Made by a program: the position numbers and the translations under genes
Shown: piece after piece, positions 48,395 to 58,004 of the stretch
Layout of the letters: every line of letters begins with the position of its first letter
Position numbering within the stretch: position 1 is the first letter of the stretch
The notes under the pieces: model-generated
The model's input: the letters and a program-made list of their open reading frames with translations, nothing else
Told to the model about the DNA's origin: nothing
Database searches by the model: none
IMG/VR virus record: IMGVR_UViG_3300014205_000014
Location: 1-64,000 of that record
From: a virus
Lineage: Duplodnaviria; Caudoviricetes
DNA: 64,000 nt
Direction: 5' to 3' (one strand)

Positions 48395-48933
48395 CCGGTA
48401 CGCTCCGTCAAAAACTCTAAGCGGGTTTCCCCGCGCCACTGCCATTTGCCTTCTGAGCCACCTTCGGTCAGAAAACTATCATAGACGAACACCCGTGAGG
48501 CGTGTTCCATAAAATCATCTTCGGTGATGGTGAACCACCACGTTCCGTCATCTTTCCGGTTAGACAAGGAGTAGCGCACTCGCGACAACACCACATTGGC
48601 TATCGCTCGTGCTTCGGTCTGATCGACTTCGGGACCAAAGATCATCGTGTACTCCACAATGAAGCGCAAGCGCTCATGCAGTCCCCCGCCAACTTCCCCG
48701 AATACATCCACCATGCCGACATTCTGGCTGCTCATGTTGGAAGTGTGCCGCCATTGGGCATCCCCTGTTTTCACAAGTACCACAATGCGGTAGGGATTTG
48801 CCATACCCCGCGCCAACCCCGCTTGTACCAGACCCGCCTTTGAGTCATCTGCGATATTGGTATTCAACTGTTCATTGAGCCAATTCGCAGTATCCTCCGC
48901 CAGCACATTGAAGATACTTACCGTGCCGGTCAT
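48385..48933 (-). CDS. Head closure / tail terminator-like protein
   Basis: Position after the adaptor; size 182 aa. Confidence 0.55.
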   Translation of the reverse strand: MTGTVSIFNVLAEDTANWLNEQLNTNIADDSKAGLVQAGLARGMANPYRIVVLVKTGDAQWRHTSNMSSQNVGMVDVFGEVGGGLHERLRFIVEYTMIFGPEVDQTEARAIANVVLSRVRYSLSNRKDDGTWWFTITEDDFMEHASRVFVYDSFLTEGGSEGKWQWRGETRLEFLTERTGCV

Positions 48934-49598
48934 CGCGGACTCACCATTCGGTTTTGCTTCGGATAATGCGCCAACTCACGGTCATAGAGTTGTATCCACC
49001 ACTTCTGCAACTGCCGTAGTGAATTATTCTCCGGTTGTCCCCGATCAGGGGCGGTTTTATCCGCTGCATTCGATGCTTCCGTGAGGCTTTCTGAAGTCAG
49101 CGCGTGAACCACTGTCCCATATGCTACTGCCGCATATGCCCACTGCGGGATGGTGAGAACATCAGCATCCAACACAGGATGGGGATAATAGGCGTAGTAA
49201 CGCGCAATCAGTGTTGTTGCAGTCGGAGGCGGTACGCCCATCTCAAGCGTATCTTCAGGCCATACACTAAACGCGAACTGATCCGACGAGGCAATGTCAT
49301 AACTACTGAAAGCGGGTTTGAAATAGGTACGCACTAGAGTCGTATCGTCCTGTACCATCACCAAACCCGCCTGTTCCAGCGGCACAAACAAATCAGTGGG
49401 CAGTTCAAATTGATAGGTGTCCCCGTTGCCTGTGTAGGTAACGGTTTTTAGCAGGGCTGTATGCACACAAAGTTCATCCAACGCCCACCCCACCGCATCA
49501 GCCAGCAATTCATCGCTCCATGTAATCCCCGAAGGATCATTCTTGAGAATGGTGCGACGGATAACGACTTTAAACTGCGCCCACGTCAATGCTGCCAT
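48930..49598 (-). CDS. Head-tail adaptor protein
   Basis: Directly after the capsid gene; WSDELL..AV..AL..L, YELP.D motifs. Confidence 0.65.
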   Translation of the reverse strand: MAALTWAQFKVVIRRTILKNDPSGITWSDELLADAVGWALDELCVHTALLKTVTYTGNGDTYQFELPTDLFVPLEQAGLVMVQDDTTLVRTYFKPAFSSYDIASSDQFAFSVWPEDTLEMGVPPPTATTLIARYYAYYPHPVLDADVLTIPQWAYAAVAYGTVVHALTSESLTEASNAADKTAPDRGQPENNSLRQLQKWWIQLYDRELAHYPKQNRMVSPR

Positions 49599-49607
49599 TG
49601 TTAGTCC

Positions 49608-50978
49608 TTAGATCGTTGTTGCACCAAAGTCGATACGGTTCTTGCCTGCGCCACACCACACTTCAAACACTTCCGGTGTGTACACTTGGTAAGCCAAGTA
49701 CGCATCCCATGAGAACCGATACATACCCGCAAAGTCGTCTACTGTCGGGAGTTGCCCATCGCCGCTACCGGGCGTGTGCAAACGAGGGGCGCGACCAACA
49801 CCCAACGCCACGCCGCCCGGCCCACCCATAAAGGTGGCAGTGTGGACGTGACGAGCCTTGGTCATCCAAGCGTAAACCCCACTACCGAGATCGGTCTTGA
49901 AGTCTTCCATGATTGGACGGTCAAAACTGATATGCGTACCGCTGATCTTGCGGATAATGCGGGTTTCGGCAGTACCATCCGTATAGTCCACGCCATTGGT
50001 CACACCGTTGGCGCTGGTACGATCTGTATGAATTGTCACCAAATCACCTACCGCAAAATCACTAGCAGATGCAACAGTGATGTACTTGGTCACATTACTG
50101 GACTGACCCTGCGAGTAAACGCCGAGGTAAGCGCCATCTTCATCGTCTGCACCATCGCCCTGTGTAATAGCGGCAGCGGCACTGGTTTGAGCGCTGATTG
50201 CGCCAACGTTATACAAGCAGGCATCATTGGTTTGAACGAAGCGAACGCCCTTCCATGACCCTTGTTCATTGTTGACAATTGCCATCGGGGAAGCGTAGCG
50301 CATCACATCCAGCCATTCACCATCACCTGCACCGGACTTAATGCCACGAATAACGCCGGGGGTTGTCACACAGAAGATGCTGCGGGTTTGCCCATCAGGG
50401 GCAATCGCATACGGGACATCACGTTCCGCCATACCCTGATGCACGTCTTCAATGGTGGTGGTGGTCATTACCTTAGTGGCATCAATTTGATTAAAACCAC
50501 TCAGTGACCCATCACCAATGAACTTCCGCGCATGAGCAAGGTACGCATTGCGTGCCAACTTCTCAAGCACCTTCGTCTGCATTCCGCCCAATGCGGTCTG
50601 CACAATACGCTCCAACCCCGCATCATTGTCGCCTTTCCAGTAGGTGACAAGTTTATTAAACTCATGCAGGGCTAACTTGCCAGCATAACGGTTGAAGGTG
50701 ATCTGTCGGCTCGAACTATCCAAACGACTTGAAGCCATCCACAACTGCGTGTTACCAATGGCATCAAAATTTGCGTGCGGCTCAATCAATTGATTCAACT
50801 GCATCGTTGGGGAAGTTACATCACCCAAGTTGAACTGTGTGTCTACGAAGCGTCCGTAGATGTAATGTTGCTGGTAGTAAAGCGCCTGCAACATGGCTTC
50901 GTAATACACCTTGCTGTTGGTCGAAATGTTCCCCCAAGGGGAGGAACTATAGAAACTATCAAAATCTCCGGTTGCCAT
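49608..50978 (-). CDS. Major capsid protein (N4-gp56-like HK97 fold) with insertion domain
   Basis: After scaffold; FCVTTPGVIRGIK...WLDVMRY...EQGSWKGVRFVQT. Confidence 0.85.
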   Translation of the reverse strand: MATGDFDSFYSSSPWGNISTNSKVYYEAMLQALYYQQHYIYGRFVDTQFNLGDVTSPTMQLNQLIEPHANFDAIGNTQLWMASSRLDSSSRQITFNRYAGKLALHEFNKLVTYWKGDNDAGLERIVQTALGGMQTKVLEKLARNAYLAHARKFIGDGSLSGFNQIDATKVMTTTTIEDVHQGMAERDVPYAIAPDGQTRSIFCVTTPGVIRGIKSGAGDGEWLDVMRYASPMAIVNNEQGSWKGVRFVQTNDACLYNVGAISAQTSAAAAITQGDGADDEDGAYLGVYSQGQSSNVTKYITVASASDFAVGDLVTIHTDRTSANGVTNGVDYTDGTAETRIIRKISGTHISFDRPIMEDFKTDLGSGVYAWMTKARHVHTATFMGGPGGVALGVGRAPRLHTPGSGDGQLPTVDDFAGMYRFSWDAYLAYQVYTPEVFEVWCGAGKNRIDFGATTI

Positions 50979-51030
50979 TTCCTGTTATTCCTTTACAGAT
51001 AGAGAACCGGCTCTGTAAAAAAGCCAGCTC

Positions 51031-51711
51031 TTATGCTTGATTTCGTTTCCGTGCCTCGCGCAACTGCTGCATGAGCGTTTGGTGCTTAGGTGTGCCAAGT
51101 TCGGATAAAGGCAACTTCCCAATTTGCTCATTGATCTGCGCTTCTGTGGCATTTCCTAGCCCTGAAGTCCCGCTGTTTGGTGCAGCAGAGCTTGCACCAC
51201 TGACCGCCGCTGTCGCCGCCGCCGCACGTTGTCCCTTTTTAAGTTCTAACGATTTAGTCAACGACTCCTTTAAAGCCGCTTCGTCCATTTGTTCAGCAGC
51301 AGAGAGAATACCTTGCCGATAAATCGGGTCAGATTCAAACTCCGGCGCGAGGTCGGGGAAGGTGCTGTGAATGAGGCTTCGGATTGTGTCTTGGCGCTCA
51401 TACTGTGCAGTCTTCTTTGATAGCTCTGCCAACTGCTGTTCTAATGTCTGATGCCTCTTTTGCAAATCGGTCAGTTCAGTATCTTTTGTTCCTTTGAAGC
51501 CTTCGTGCTCTGCCTGTAATTCGGCATACTTTTGCTGCCACGTCTTGACTTCTTCAGACTTCTTGTTCATAGCGGTCTGCTGACCGTTGTAACGTGATTG
51601 CCAAGTCTCAGCTTGGACTTTCCAATCGGTGGTGTCAGTTACATTCGGGGTAGGAGTAGGGGTTGTTACACCTGCTACAGTACCGCCATCTGTTTGCTGT
51701 CCATCTAACAT
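51031..51711 (-). CDS. Capsid scaffolding protein
   Basis: Between portal and capsid; DWK...W...NGQ, coiled coil. Confidence 0.8.
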   Translation of the reverse strand: MLDGQQTDGGTVAGVTTPTPTPNVTDTTDWKVQAETWQSRYNGQQTAMNKKSEEVKTWQQKYAELQAEHEGFKGTKDTELTDLQKRHQTLEQQLAELSKKTAQYERQDTIRSLIHSTFPDLAPEFESDPIYRQGILSAAEQMDEAALKESLTKSLELKKGQRAAAATAAVSGASSAAPNSGTSGLGNATEAQINEQIGKLPLSELGTPKHQTLMQQLREARKRNQA

Positions 51712-51727
51712 TTTCGTCTATCTCCTT

Positions 51728-53413
51728 TTATTCCACAGAAACTTTACTGCCGTTGGCTGATGCGGCAGATTCATTTGATAATGTACCGTTAGGCTTCGAG
51801 GGTTTATCACCCCCAAAGGGCGGTGGTTTCTGCTGAGCAGCCAATTCAGCAGCTTGTTTTGCTTCTTCTTTTAGTTCGTTCAGTTCGGCCTCAAGATCGC
51901 GGACATCCCCTAACTTGCCAATAGCCTCACGCTTGCTCCGCACATTCGTTTGCACCAACTGCGTGGTTTCGAGTACCAACTGAGCGCGATCCTGCGGGAT
52001 TTGAGGCGACCATTCGGTAGAAATATCCAATAGGCTTTCAAAGTCATCCGGGATGTCGATACCGAGCGCCCTGAGTGTTGCTGCAAGTGCCGCGTTATCC
52101 TTCATGATCTGCTTCACCATCTTGAGGATGTACCACCCTATACGGGTCAGTCCATCGTTCCAATGGGTGCGCTCCCCACGTGTGTGAGACAGGATAGGCC
52201 ACATGCGAAGGGCTAAGGTTTGCCCTGAACGTTGTGAACCTTCATCCTCACCAAAGGGAATGCCGGATAAGTTGGTATCACGCAGTATTTGCCGCCACAC
52301 CCGATCCCCTGTTTCAGCCATCGAGGGCGAAACCACTGGTGCATCTTCCTGCCACGCCTTGGGTGCATCCTTTGAACCACTCGCAGGAGGCGTTGTCCCT
52401 AAACTGGTAAACTCTTTCCCTGTGACCGGAGAAGTGAGTTTGCTCAGGGTTGTACCGGGAACATTGCTCACAAACGTTTCACGGTCAACCGTGTTGAGTG
52501 CGGCTGTATCTAGTGCCGCAAATACCGCGTTGAACTCTTTCAACAGCGCTGCCACATCTTCGACGTGTCCTACACCGTACTTCGACCCCACACGCTTGTG
52601 AGGGATGTAGACAGCAGGCACAAAACCAAATTTGTGCGTTGCGGACTTCTGATCGGTAGTTTTCCCTGCAAAATCAATGGTCTGTCCCTCTACCGTTTCG
52701 GATAATTCCGTAGCGGTTTCGGTACGGATGTACACGGCAGTTTGTCCGGGTTGTCCATCTCCAATCCCATATTGCAACTTTGCAGTAGGGGCAGGGATTT
52801 CATACATAGTGGTTCCCCGCAGCAGTGACCAGTAATCCTCATTTGACCATTCCGGTAGGAAGTGGTCGGGACGTGGGTTGCTAATCACCAACGGGATAGT
52901 CAAGTCAACACGGCGCGGTTGGTAGGTGATTTGAAACACCGACCCGCCCAAGAACTGTGAGTACATGCCGTTTTCCAACTGCATGGCTCGTCCACCGGAT
53001 CGCGTCCACACTTCATTGATGACGTTTTCGCAAATCAGCGCGAGGTTCTTGGTGTCTTCCTTAACCTCTTTACCATCGAACCGTTTCTTGGGGCGTACCA
53101 CTGTTTTGACCAGTGGGGCAGGGCTATCCGGTACTTCACCGAACAAGACCGCTGCGTGTTTCTCCACAATCGCGCGTAAGCTGTTAATGTGCAGAGGGTA
53201 TTGGCTTTCATATTCTTCACGCACATTCTTGCGTGTTACAGAAAGCGCATCCCCGCTGTACCATTTCCAGTTATCTTTGTACCGTGCGGATTGTGTGTTC
53301 CACTGTTCAATTGGGAAGTTGTCGGGCAGCTTGTCATCATTCAGCGTAGGCGAATAGGAAGTACGCTCTACAAAAGATGGAAGCGTTCCGAGTTCAACAT
53401 TGTCAAGCGGCAT
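51728..53413 (-). CDS. Portal protein (SPP1 gp6-like)
   Basis: 561 aa; YIPHKR...G.GHVEDV, SGQTLALRMWP, charged Pro-rich tail; position. Confidence 0.85.
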   Translation of the reverse strand: MPLDNVELGTLPSFVERTSYSPTLNDDKLPDNFPIEQWNTQSARYKDNWKWYSGDALSVTRKNVREEYESQYPLHINSLRAIVEKHAAVLFGEVPDSPAPLVKTVVRPKKRFDGKEVKEDTKNLALICENVINEVWTRSGGRAMQLENGMYSQFLGGSVFQITYQPRRVDLTIPLVISNPRPDHFLPEWSNEDYWSLLRGTTMYEIPAPTAKLQYGIGDGQPGQTAVYIRTETATELSETVEGQTIDFAGKTTDQKSATHKFGFVPAVYIPHKRVGSKYGVGHVEDVAALLKEFNAVFAALDTAALNTVDRETFVSNVPGTTLSKLTSPVTGKEFTSLGTTPPASGSKDAPKAWQEDAPVVSPSMAETGDRVWRQILRDTNLSGIPFGEDEGSQRSGQTLALRMWPILSHTRGERTHWNDGLTRIGWYILKMVKQIMKDNAALAATLRALGIDIPDDFESLLDISTEWSPQIPQDRAQLVLETTQLVQTNVRSKREAIGKLGDVRDLEAELNELKEEAKQAAELAAQQKPPPFGGDKPSKPNGTLSNESAASANGSKVSVE

Positions 53414-53511
53414 TTATACCCCACAGAAACACATATTCGGTTCTGCATTATAACGTAGCAAAAGAATGTGGGGAAAGTCAAGGGGGTGAACAGAAGTTGG
53501 TCAGCAATTAC

Positions 53512-54882
53512 TCAATTGCTGACTTTTTCCTGTTGTATGTAGGTATCTAATACTGCTATTTGATCGAGTAGAGACTGCCGGAGGGCTTTTGCTACGCTGA
53601 TGGGCAGGGTGAGCATCGGTATAATAGGGGTAGTCGGTTCTGCTTTGGGTACAATATCTGTAATCACGACTTCGCTATCCCAAATCCATCCCTCAATCGC
53701 GTTACATTTGATTGGCAGCCATGTCCCTTGCTTGCCGACAATAGTTTGGACGACTGTTTCCTCAGGGTGGAGTTTTTCTATGGGGATGATGTCGCAGTGT
53801 ATATCCTCGGTGGACATAGGCCACAAGTGTTCCGCCGCAATATAAGGATACTTGCGAATAAACTGCGATTGGTTCTTGCCGCGTATCATCTTTTCGATGC
53901 TGCGGGTTGCAAAATCGGATGGGAATGGTTTCACAATCGGCACGGTGAGAGTTGCTTTCTTTGGGGCAGGGGCATCTAAAACACCGCGCTTCTTGGCATC
54001 TCGTAGATAGCCTTGCAGTCCGGTATCCTCAGAGATATTGAACGCTGACCATTCGGGGTGATTACTCCATGTGAACAAACATAACCCTGCCAACAACCCA
54101 CTTTTGATGTAAGGGGAAAGGTCGCCTGTGATTTGCGACTCAATCCATTGTCCCATCTGTTCACTCGTCCAACCGCGCGAATGATAGCCATTAGTGGCGC
54201 TGCCTGCATCGGTGTCCACGCCGAACTCAGTGATAAGTACCTTGAGCGAAGTAATACGAAGATAGTCACAGGTTTTCAAGAACGCTTGAAGATGGTCGGT
54301 CATCTTATCCGGCCCGTACAGATGCATCCCCACCATAAACAGGTCAGGATACACCGCCATTTGCCGCAACTGCCCGTACCAACGCGCATTCCACATGCCA
54401 TCCGGCATAATCTCCGGCTCACGATCTCCCCAATTGTAGATGACACTCCGCCGCTTCTGCCCGATAGCGCGGTCAATCCAACGGGAGTACCATGTGCCAA
54501 GACGGTCTAGATTGATGGGATCACCGTTGCCCATCGGCTCGTTTAAGACATATGCCCATGTCTTTCCGTCAATCCCAAGACGGAAGCCCGTTTCATCCAT
54601 CTGATTGGCTACATCCTCAGGGGAGGCCACGAACTCTTTATCCTCGTCCCCCTTGCCGGTGGGCTTCAAATGAAACCCGCCTTGCAACCTATCCCAAATG
54701 CGCCCGACAATCACGGTATCAGGATGAGCCACCGCTGTATCCTTGATACGAAACGCATCTTTGGGCGCATCCACCATTGCCACGCTGTAGGCAGGTGCAA
54801 GGGCATCATGAAACGTATCGCGCTTGATGACATCGGCGGTATGGTCGATGGAGTAGTTTAAACCGAGTAACGAAGGTGTCAT
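53512..54882 (-). CDS. Glycoside hydrolase clan A-like enzyme with C-terminal SH3-like domain; probable endolysin
   Basis: LNEP (acid/base), MHLY, ITEFG (nucleophile), LCLFTW; C-terminal WLPIK..AIEGW. Confidence 0.65.
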   Translation of the reverse strand: MTPSLLGLNYSIDHTADVIKRDTFHDALAPAYSVAMVDAPKDAFRIKDTAVAHPDTVIVGRIWDRLQGGFHLKPTGKGDEDKEFVASPEDVANQMDETGFRLGIDGKTWAYVLNEPMGNGDPINLDRLGTWYSRWIDRAIGQKRRSVIYNWGDREPEIMPDGMWNARWYGQLRQMAVYPDLFMVGMHLYGPDKMTDHLQAFLKTCDYLRITSLKVLITEFGVDTDAGSATNGYHSRGWTSEQMGQWIESQITGDLSPYIKSGLLAGLCLFTWSNHPEWSAFNISEDTGLQGYLRDAKKRGVLDAPAPKKATLTVPIVKPFPSDFATRSIEKMIRGKNQSQFIRKYPYIAAEHLWPMSTEDIHCDIIPIEKLHPEETVVQTIVGKQGTWLPIKCNAIEGWIWDSEVVITDIVPKAEPTTPIIPMLTLPISVAKALRQSLLDQIAVLDTYIQQEKVSN

Positions 54883-54920
54883 TGTTGTTCCTCTTTATTA
54901 GTGTCTGGCTTAAAATATTA

Positions 54921-55106
54921 CTAATGATAATGATTGTTATCAGTGAGTGGTGTTTTTAGCAGTCCAAAATACTTGTACATCTCAATAACCAACGTGCGCC
55001 ACCAATAATCAAATGAAACTAAGTTATTGTCCAGCAAGTAGACATAAGTTGGGATTACCGAAGTTTCATTTATTTTACCCACTTGCCACCGTGAAAACTT
55101 ATCCAT
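54921..55106 (-). CDS. Hypothetical protein
   Basis: 61-aa ORF, SD GAGGGAG. Confidence 0.5.
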   Translation of the reverse strand: MDKFSRWQVGKINETSVIPTYVYLLDNNLVSFDYWWRTLVIEMYKYFGLLKTPLTDNNHYH

Positions 55107-55145
55107 AATCTCCCTCGTTATTACTGACTAAAATAAGAGTTATAG

Positions 55146-55355
55146 TCAGTGATCCCCATGTATCTCTTCTTGCTGCAATCTACGGATACGCTCCTGATCG
55201 TGTTTATTGACTCCCTCGATAAAGCGCGTAAAGGCATCATTCAATCGTTTGCGATCTTCGGCAGACATCGGTAGTGTGTTGTCTGTCTTATGGAATAGTT
55301 GCACATCATCCTGACCAACAACCCCACCTTGAGCATGACCTTGTTTATCAGTCAT
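55146..55355 (-). CDS. Hypothetical protein
   Basis: 69-aa ORF, SD AAAGGA. Confidence 0.55.
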   Translation of the reverse strand: MTDKQGHAQGGVVGQDDVQLFHKTDNTLPMSAEDRKRLNDAFTRFIEGVNKHDQERIRRLQQEEIHGDH

Positions 55356-55428
55356 CTTTTATTCCTTTCACCACAGCATTAAATGTCTTACGATCAAACC
55401 CCTTACTGAATGGATTAAGTTTGCTCAT
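55348..55428 (-). CDS. 26-aa small ORF (MSKLNPFSKGFDRKTFNAVVKGIKDD), absent from the ORF track
   Basis: ATGA overlap with upstream stop, overlaps downstream start, SD AAGGA. Confidence 0.45.
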   Translation of the reverse strand: MSKLNPFSKGFDRKTFNAVVKGIKDD

Positions 55429-55796
55429 GCTACTTTCCTTTCACGCCCAAGCGCGGACATCAAATTGTCCCATGCTGCAATATTGCTGTTCAGTGGATCA
55501 TCCTTTTTCTCATGCAACCGCGCATACCGCACCTTCGCATCCACCTTCAGCGCTGACAGTTCACCAGCGACATCCTGAAACTTCCACCACAGCGCCTTCT
55601 TCTCGTCCTCAAGGTGCTGAGCGTGTTTCACCGATAACTGATGGTTCACTTCTTTAATTTGCTGCCACAAGTCTTTCTTCTTGGCGTACAATGCAGGCCA
55701 GCGCTGGTAACATCCATCGAGCGCGTAACGATCACGCGCATAGCGAAATTCCTCACAGGTCATCAGCGCCATATAGACCGTCCCTCGACTGTCCAT
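55425..55796 (-). CDS. Coiled-coil hypothetical protein
   Basis: 123-aa ORF. Confidence 0.6.
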   Translation of the reverse strand: MDSRGTVYMALMTCEEFRYARDRYALDGCYQRWPALYAKKKDLWQQIKEVNHQLSVKHAQHLEDEKKALWWKFQDVAGELSALKVDAKVRYARLHEKKDDPLNSNIAAWDNLMSALGRERKVA

Positions 55797-55960
55797 GCAT
55801 GGCGGCTATCAACGAGCACCGGGTCTTTTAACCCTCGTTCGGGGTCAATCCTATCCGCCAAGCGGTGCAACTGCTTAGCCAACCATAGACGCGCGTTGTA
55901 ACGAAACGTCTGGAACCGGAAAACAAATGACCAATATTTAAGAAAAATCCACTTTCGCAT
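55763..55960 (-). CDS. Hypothetical protein
   Basis: SD GGAGG; promoter (TATAAT) and operator upstream. Confidence 0.55.
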   Translation of the reverse strand: MRKWIFLKYWSFVFRFQTFRYNARLWLAKQLHRLADRIDPERGLKDPVLVDSRHAWTVEGRSIWR

Positions 55961-56013
55961 CGGGGTATCCCTCCTTTTATCCCCATTATATCACAGAACC
56001 GAATATGCGATAT

Positions 56014-57804
56014 TTAGCGACGAGTACCAATCGAACGTTGAGTTGAGCGCCATGCGTGACGTTCGGGGGTAATGGTAATCTGATGTTCATCTGAACGCTG
56101 ATTGAGGTAGAAGTATTGGTTTAACCACGTACAGGTGAGCATAATCATGACCACAATATCCTGCGGGATGTCGTCATCAGGAAGATCGTACTTCGCTAAC
56201 TGAGAAGTTAGCATTTGAATTGTGGGGTAAGCTAGATAACCACGATTCATGAGTTGTTTAGCCGAATTAAGATGACCGTACTTATTCGACTGGTTCATAT
56301 TCATGCCAGTAGATTGAACTCGTGCGAAAGTTTCTACCCATTGGAGATAATTCGATTGCCATCCCGTATTATCGTACCCGCAACGCCCAATCGCTTTATA
56401 CCTCTCCACATAATCAAAAAAAGCAGCCATCCAAGGAAGTGGTGAATTATTACTAAACACCCACTGGAATGCGACGAGTTGTGCTGGAACAGGCACTTCA
56501 GGTGTACCGGGAAACCCTGTAATATCCCATACCCCAATAACCGCTGCGTTGCGGTGAGGCGGGTTGTCCTGCCCCGGATCAGCCATAACAATGTAGGTAT
56601 GATCGTTCTCAGGCGGGATTTCCCATTGATAAATCCCCACACGCGGAGCATCTTTCCTGATAAACCCCGGCGTATTTGCTTCAAGCCCCTTCTTCATACG
56701 CTCATCAAGCGATGCAGACAGACATTTCTTAATGCTATCCCCTGAAAACTGCTTTCCATCCCCTACGGGACGGAACCCGAACAAATTGGAGTTGCGTTCG
56801 TTCTCAGTTGCGCCTACATCACGTTCAAACTTGCGAATTTGTGCCTCAGTGAGCGCCCAATTGTCGTAACTCGCCATCTGCTTGAATACCGTGTTATCGC
56901 TATCCTGCTCTGCCCCATCTGCTAAATCCCACAATTGCGGGTTGTCGTTCGGATTGGCGATGTAGTAAATCAGACCCAAGCGGTCACGCCCTTGATAGTT
57001 GCCACGCAGACGGGAGGAAATGTTACCTCGAACCTTCGGAATGTCCGGCAATTGTTCAGCTTGGTCGATATGCGCCATATCACCCTCAAGGTTCTTAATC
57101 TTGTCAGGGTCATCGCGTACCGAGTAAAACTTAACTGATGTTTCCCCTGTAAAATCATTCCGACAACCCAACTCTTGAGGTTGTTTACGGATGTTGCGGT
57201 AAAGAAAGTTCTGCTCGTACAGTGTTCCTTCCATTTTTTGCAACATACCATCATAAACAGCGGTGGACTGCATAGACACAGGAGCAATGCAGAACCCCCT
57301 AAAGCCGGGGAGTATCGCCATGTTGATGAGCATTTCAATCATACTAATTGATGTTTTCGAACTTCCATAACCGCCAATAAGCACTTTGCTGGTTTGTTTT
57401 AGTTTCATGATGTCGATTTGCCAGTCCTGCAACCAGAACCCGTGATTTACTTGGAAGTTAGGTAGTTTTTGGTTCGGGATAAACTTAGCATAAACCGGAG
57501 AGGAAACAGTAGGCATTGCCAGTCCACGCATGAAGATTTGCCCCGTAACCGCCTTAAAAGGGGTGAGAGGCACTTCATCGTAGTTATAAGCGAAATCGAA
57601 CTTAACAGGCTTATCGAGTTTAAGCCAGCGCTTCATCAGCGCTTTGTAAAGCGCCTTGTAGCGTTCATCTGTCGTGGTCGGAGTAGCAAAAGTACCTGAG
57701 TTCGGCCCTCTAAAATACCAATTGGTAAACAAGTTGGGGTTTTCAGGCGTTCTTTCGAATATATCACGATCCGCCTTAGTGAGTTTATAGAGTTCTCTAC
57801 GCAT
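56014..57804 (-). CDS. terL: Terminase large subunit
   Basis: GGYGSSKT Walker A, HIDQAE Walker B-like, IANP motif III, RNase H-like domain (MADPG...YDNTG...D). Confidence 0.85.
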   Translation of the reverse strand: MRRELYKLTKADRDIFERTPENPNLFTNWYFRGPNSGTFATPTTTDERYKALYKALMKRWLKLDKPVKFDFAYNYDEVPLTPFKAVTGQIFMRGLAMPTVSSPVYAKFIPNQKLPNFQVNHGFWLQDWQIDIMKLKQTSKVLIGGYGSSKTSISMIEMLINMAILPGFRGFCIAPVSMQSTAVYDGMLQKMEGTLYEQNFLYRNIRKQPQELGCRNDFTGETSVKFYSVRDDPDKIKNLEGDMAHIDQAEQLPDIPKVRGNISSRLRGNYQGRDRLGLIYYIANPNDNPQLWDLADGAEQDSDNTVFKQMASYDNWALTEAQIRKFERDVGATENERNSNLFGFRPVGDGKQFSGDSIKKCLSASLDERMKKGLEANTPGFIRKDAPRVGIYQWEIPPENDHTYIVMADPGQDNPPHRNAAVIGVWDITGFPGTPEVPVPAQLVAFQWVFSNNSPLPWMAAFFDYVERYKAIGRCGYDNTGWQSNYLQWVETFARVQSTGMNMNQSNKYGHLNSAKQLMNRGYLAYPTIQMLTSQLAKYDLPDDDIPQDIVVMIMLTCTWLNQYFYLNQRSDEHQITITPERHAWRSTQRSIGTRR

Positions 57805-57806
57805 TG

Positions 57807-58004
57807 TTACCTAGTTGGAATAGATGATCCGCCGTATGTGTCGTCAAAACCCGATGCAGAACCGGCTCTGACAAAAACCATTATAGCATTATCTCTTATC
57901 GCAAGATAGTCCCTGCCGCCCCAACTAAACCGTGCGGGTTTACCCTGCCCTTCCCAAGCCATGTTCAACCGATCATAATCCGCATGTCCGGGTTCAATTC
58001 TCAT
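57807..58004 (-). CDS. Small hypothetical protein (MRIEPGHADY...)
   Basis: SD GGAG, ATGA overlap with upstream stop. Confidence 0.6.
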   Translation of the reverse strand: MRIEPGHADYDRLNMAWEGQGKPARFSWGGRDYLAIRDNAIMVFVRAGSASGFDDTYGGSSIPTR

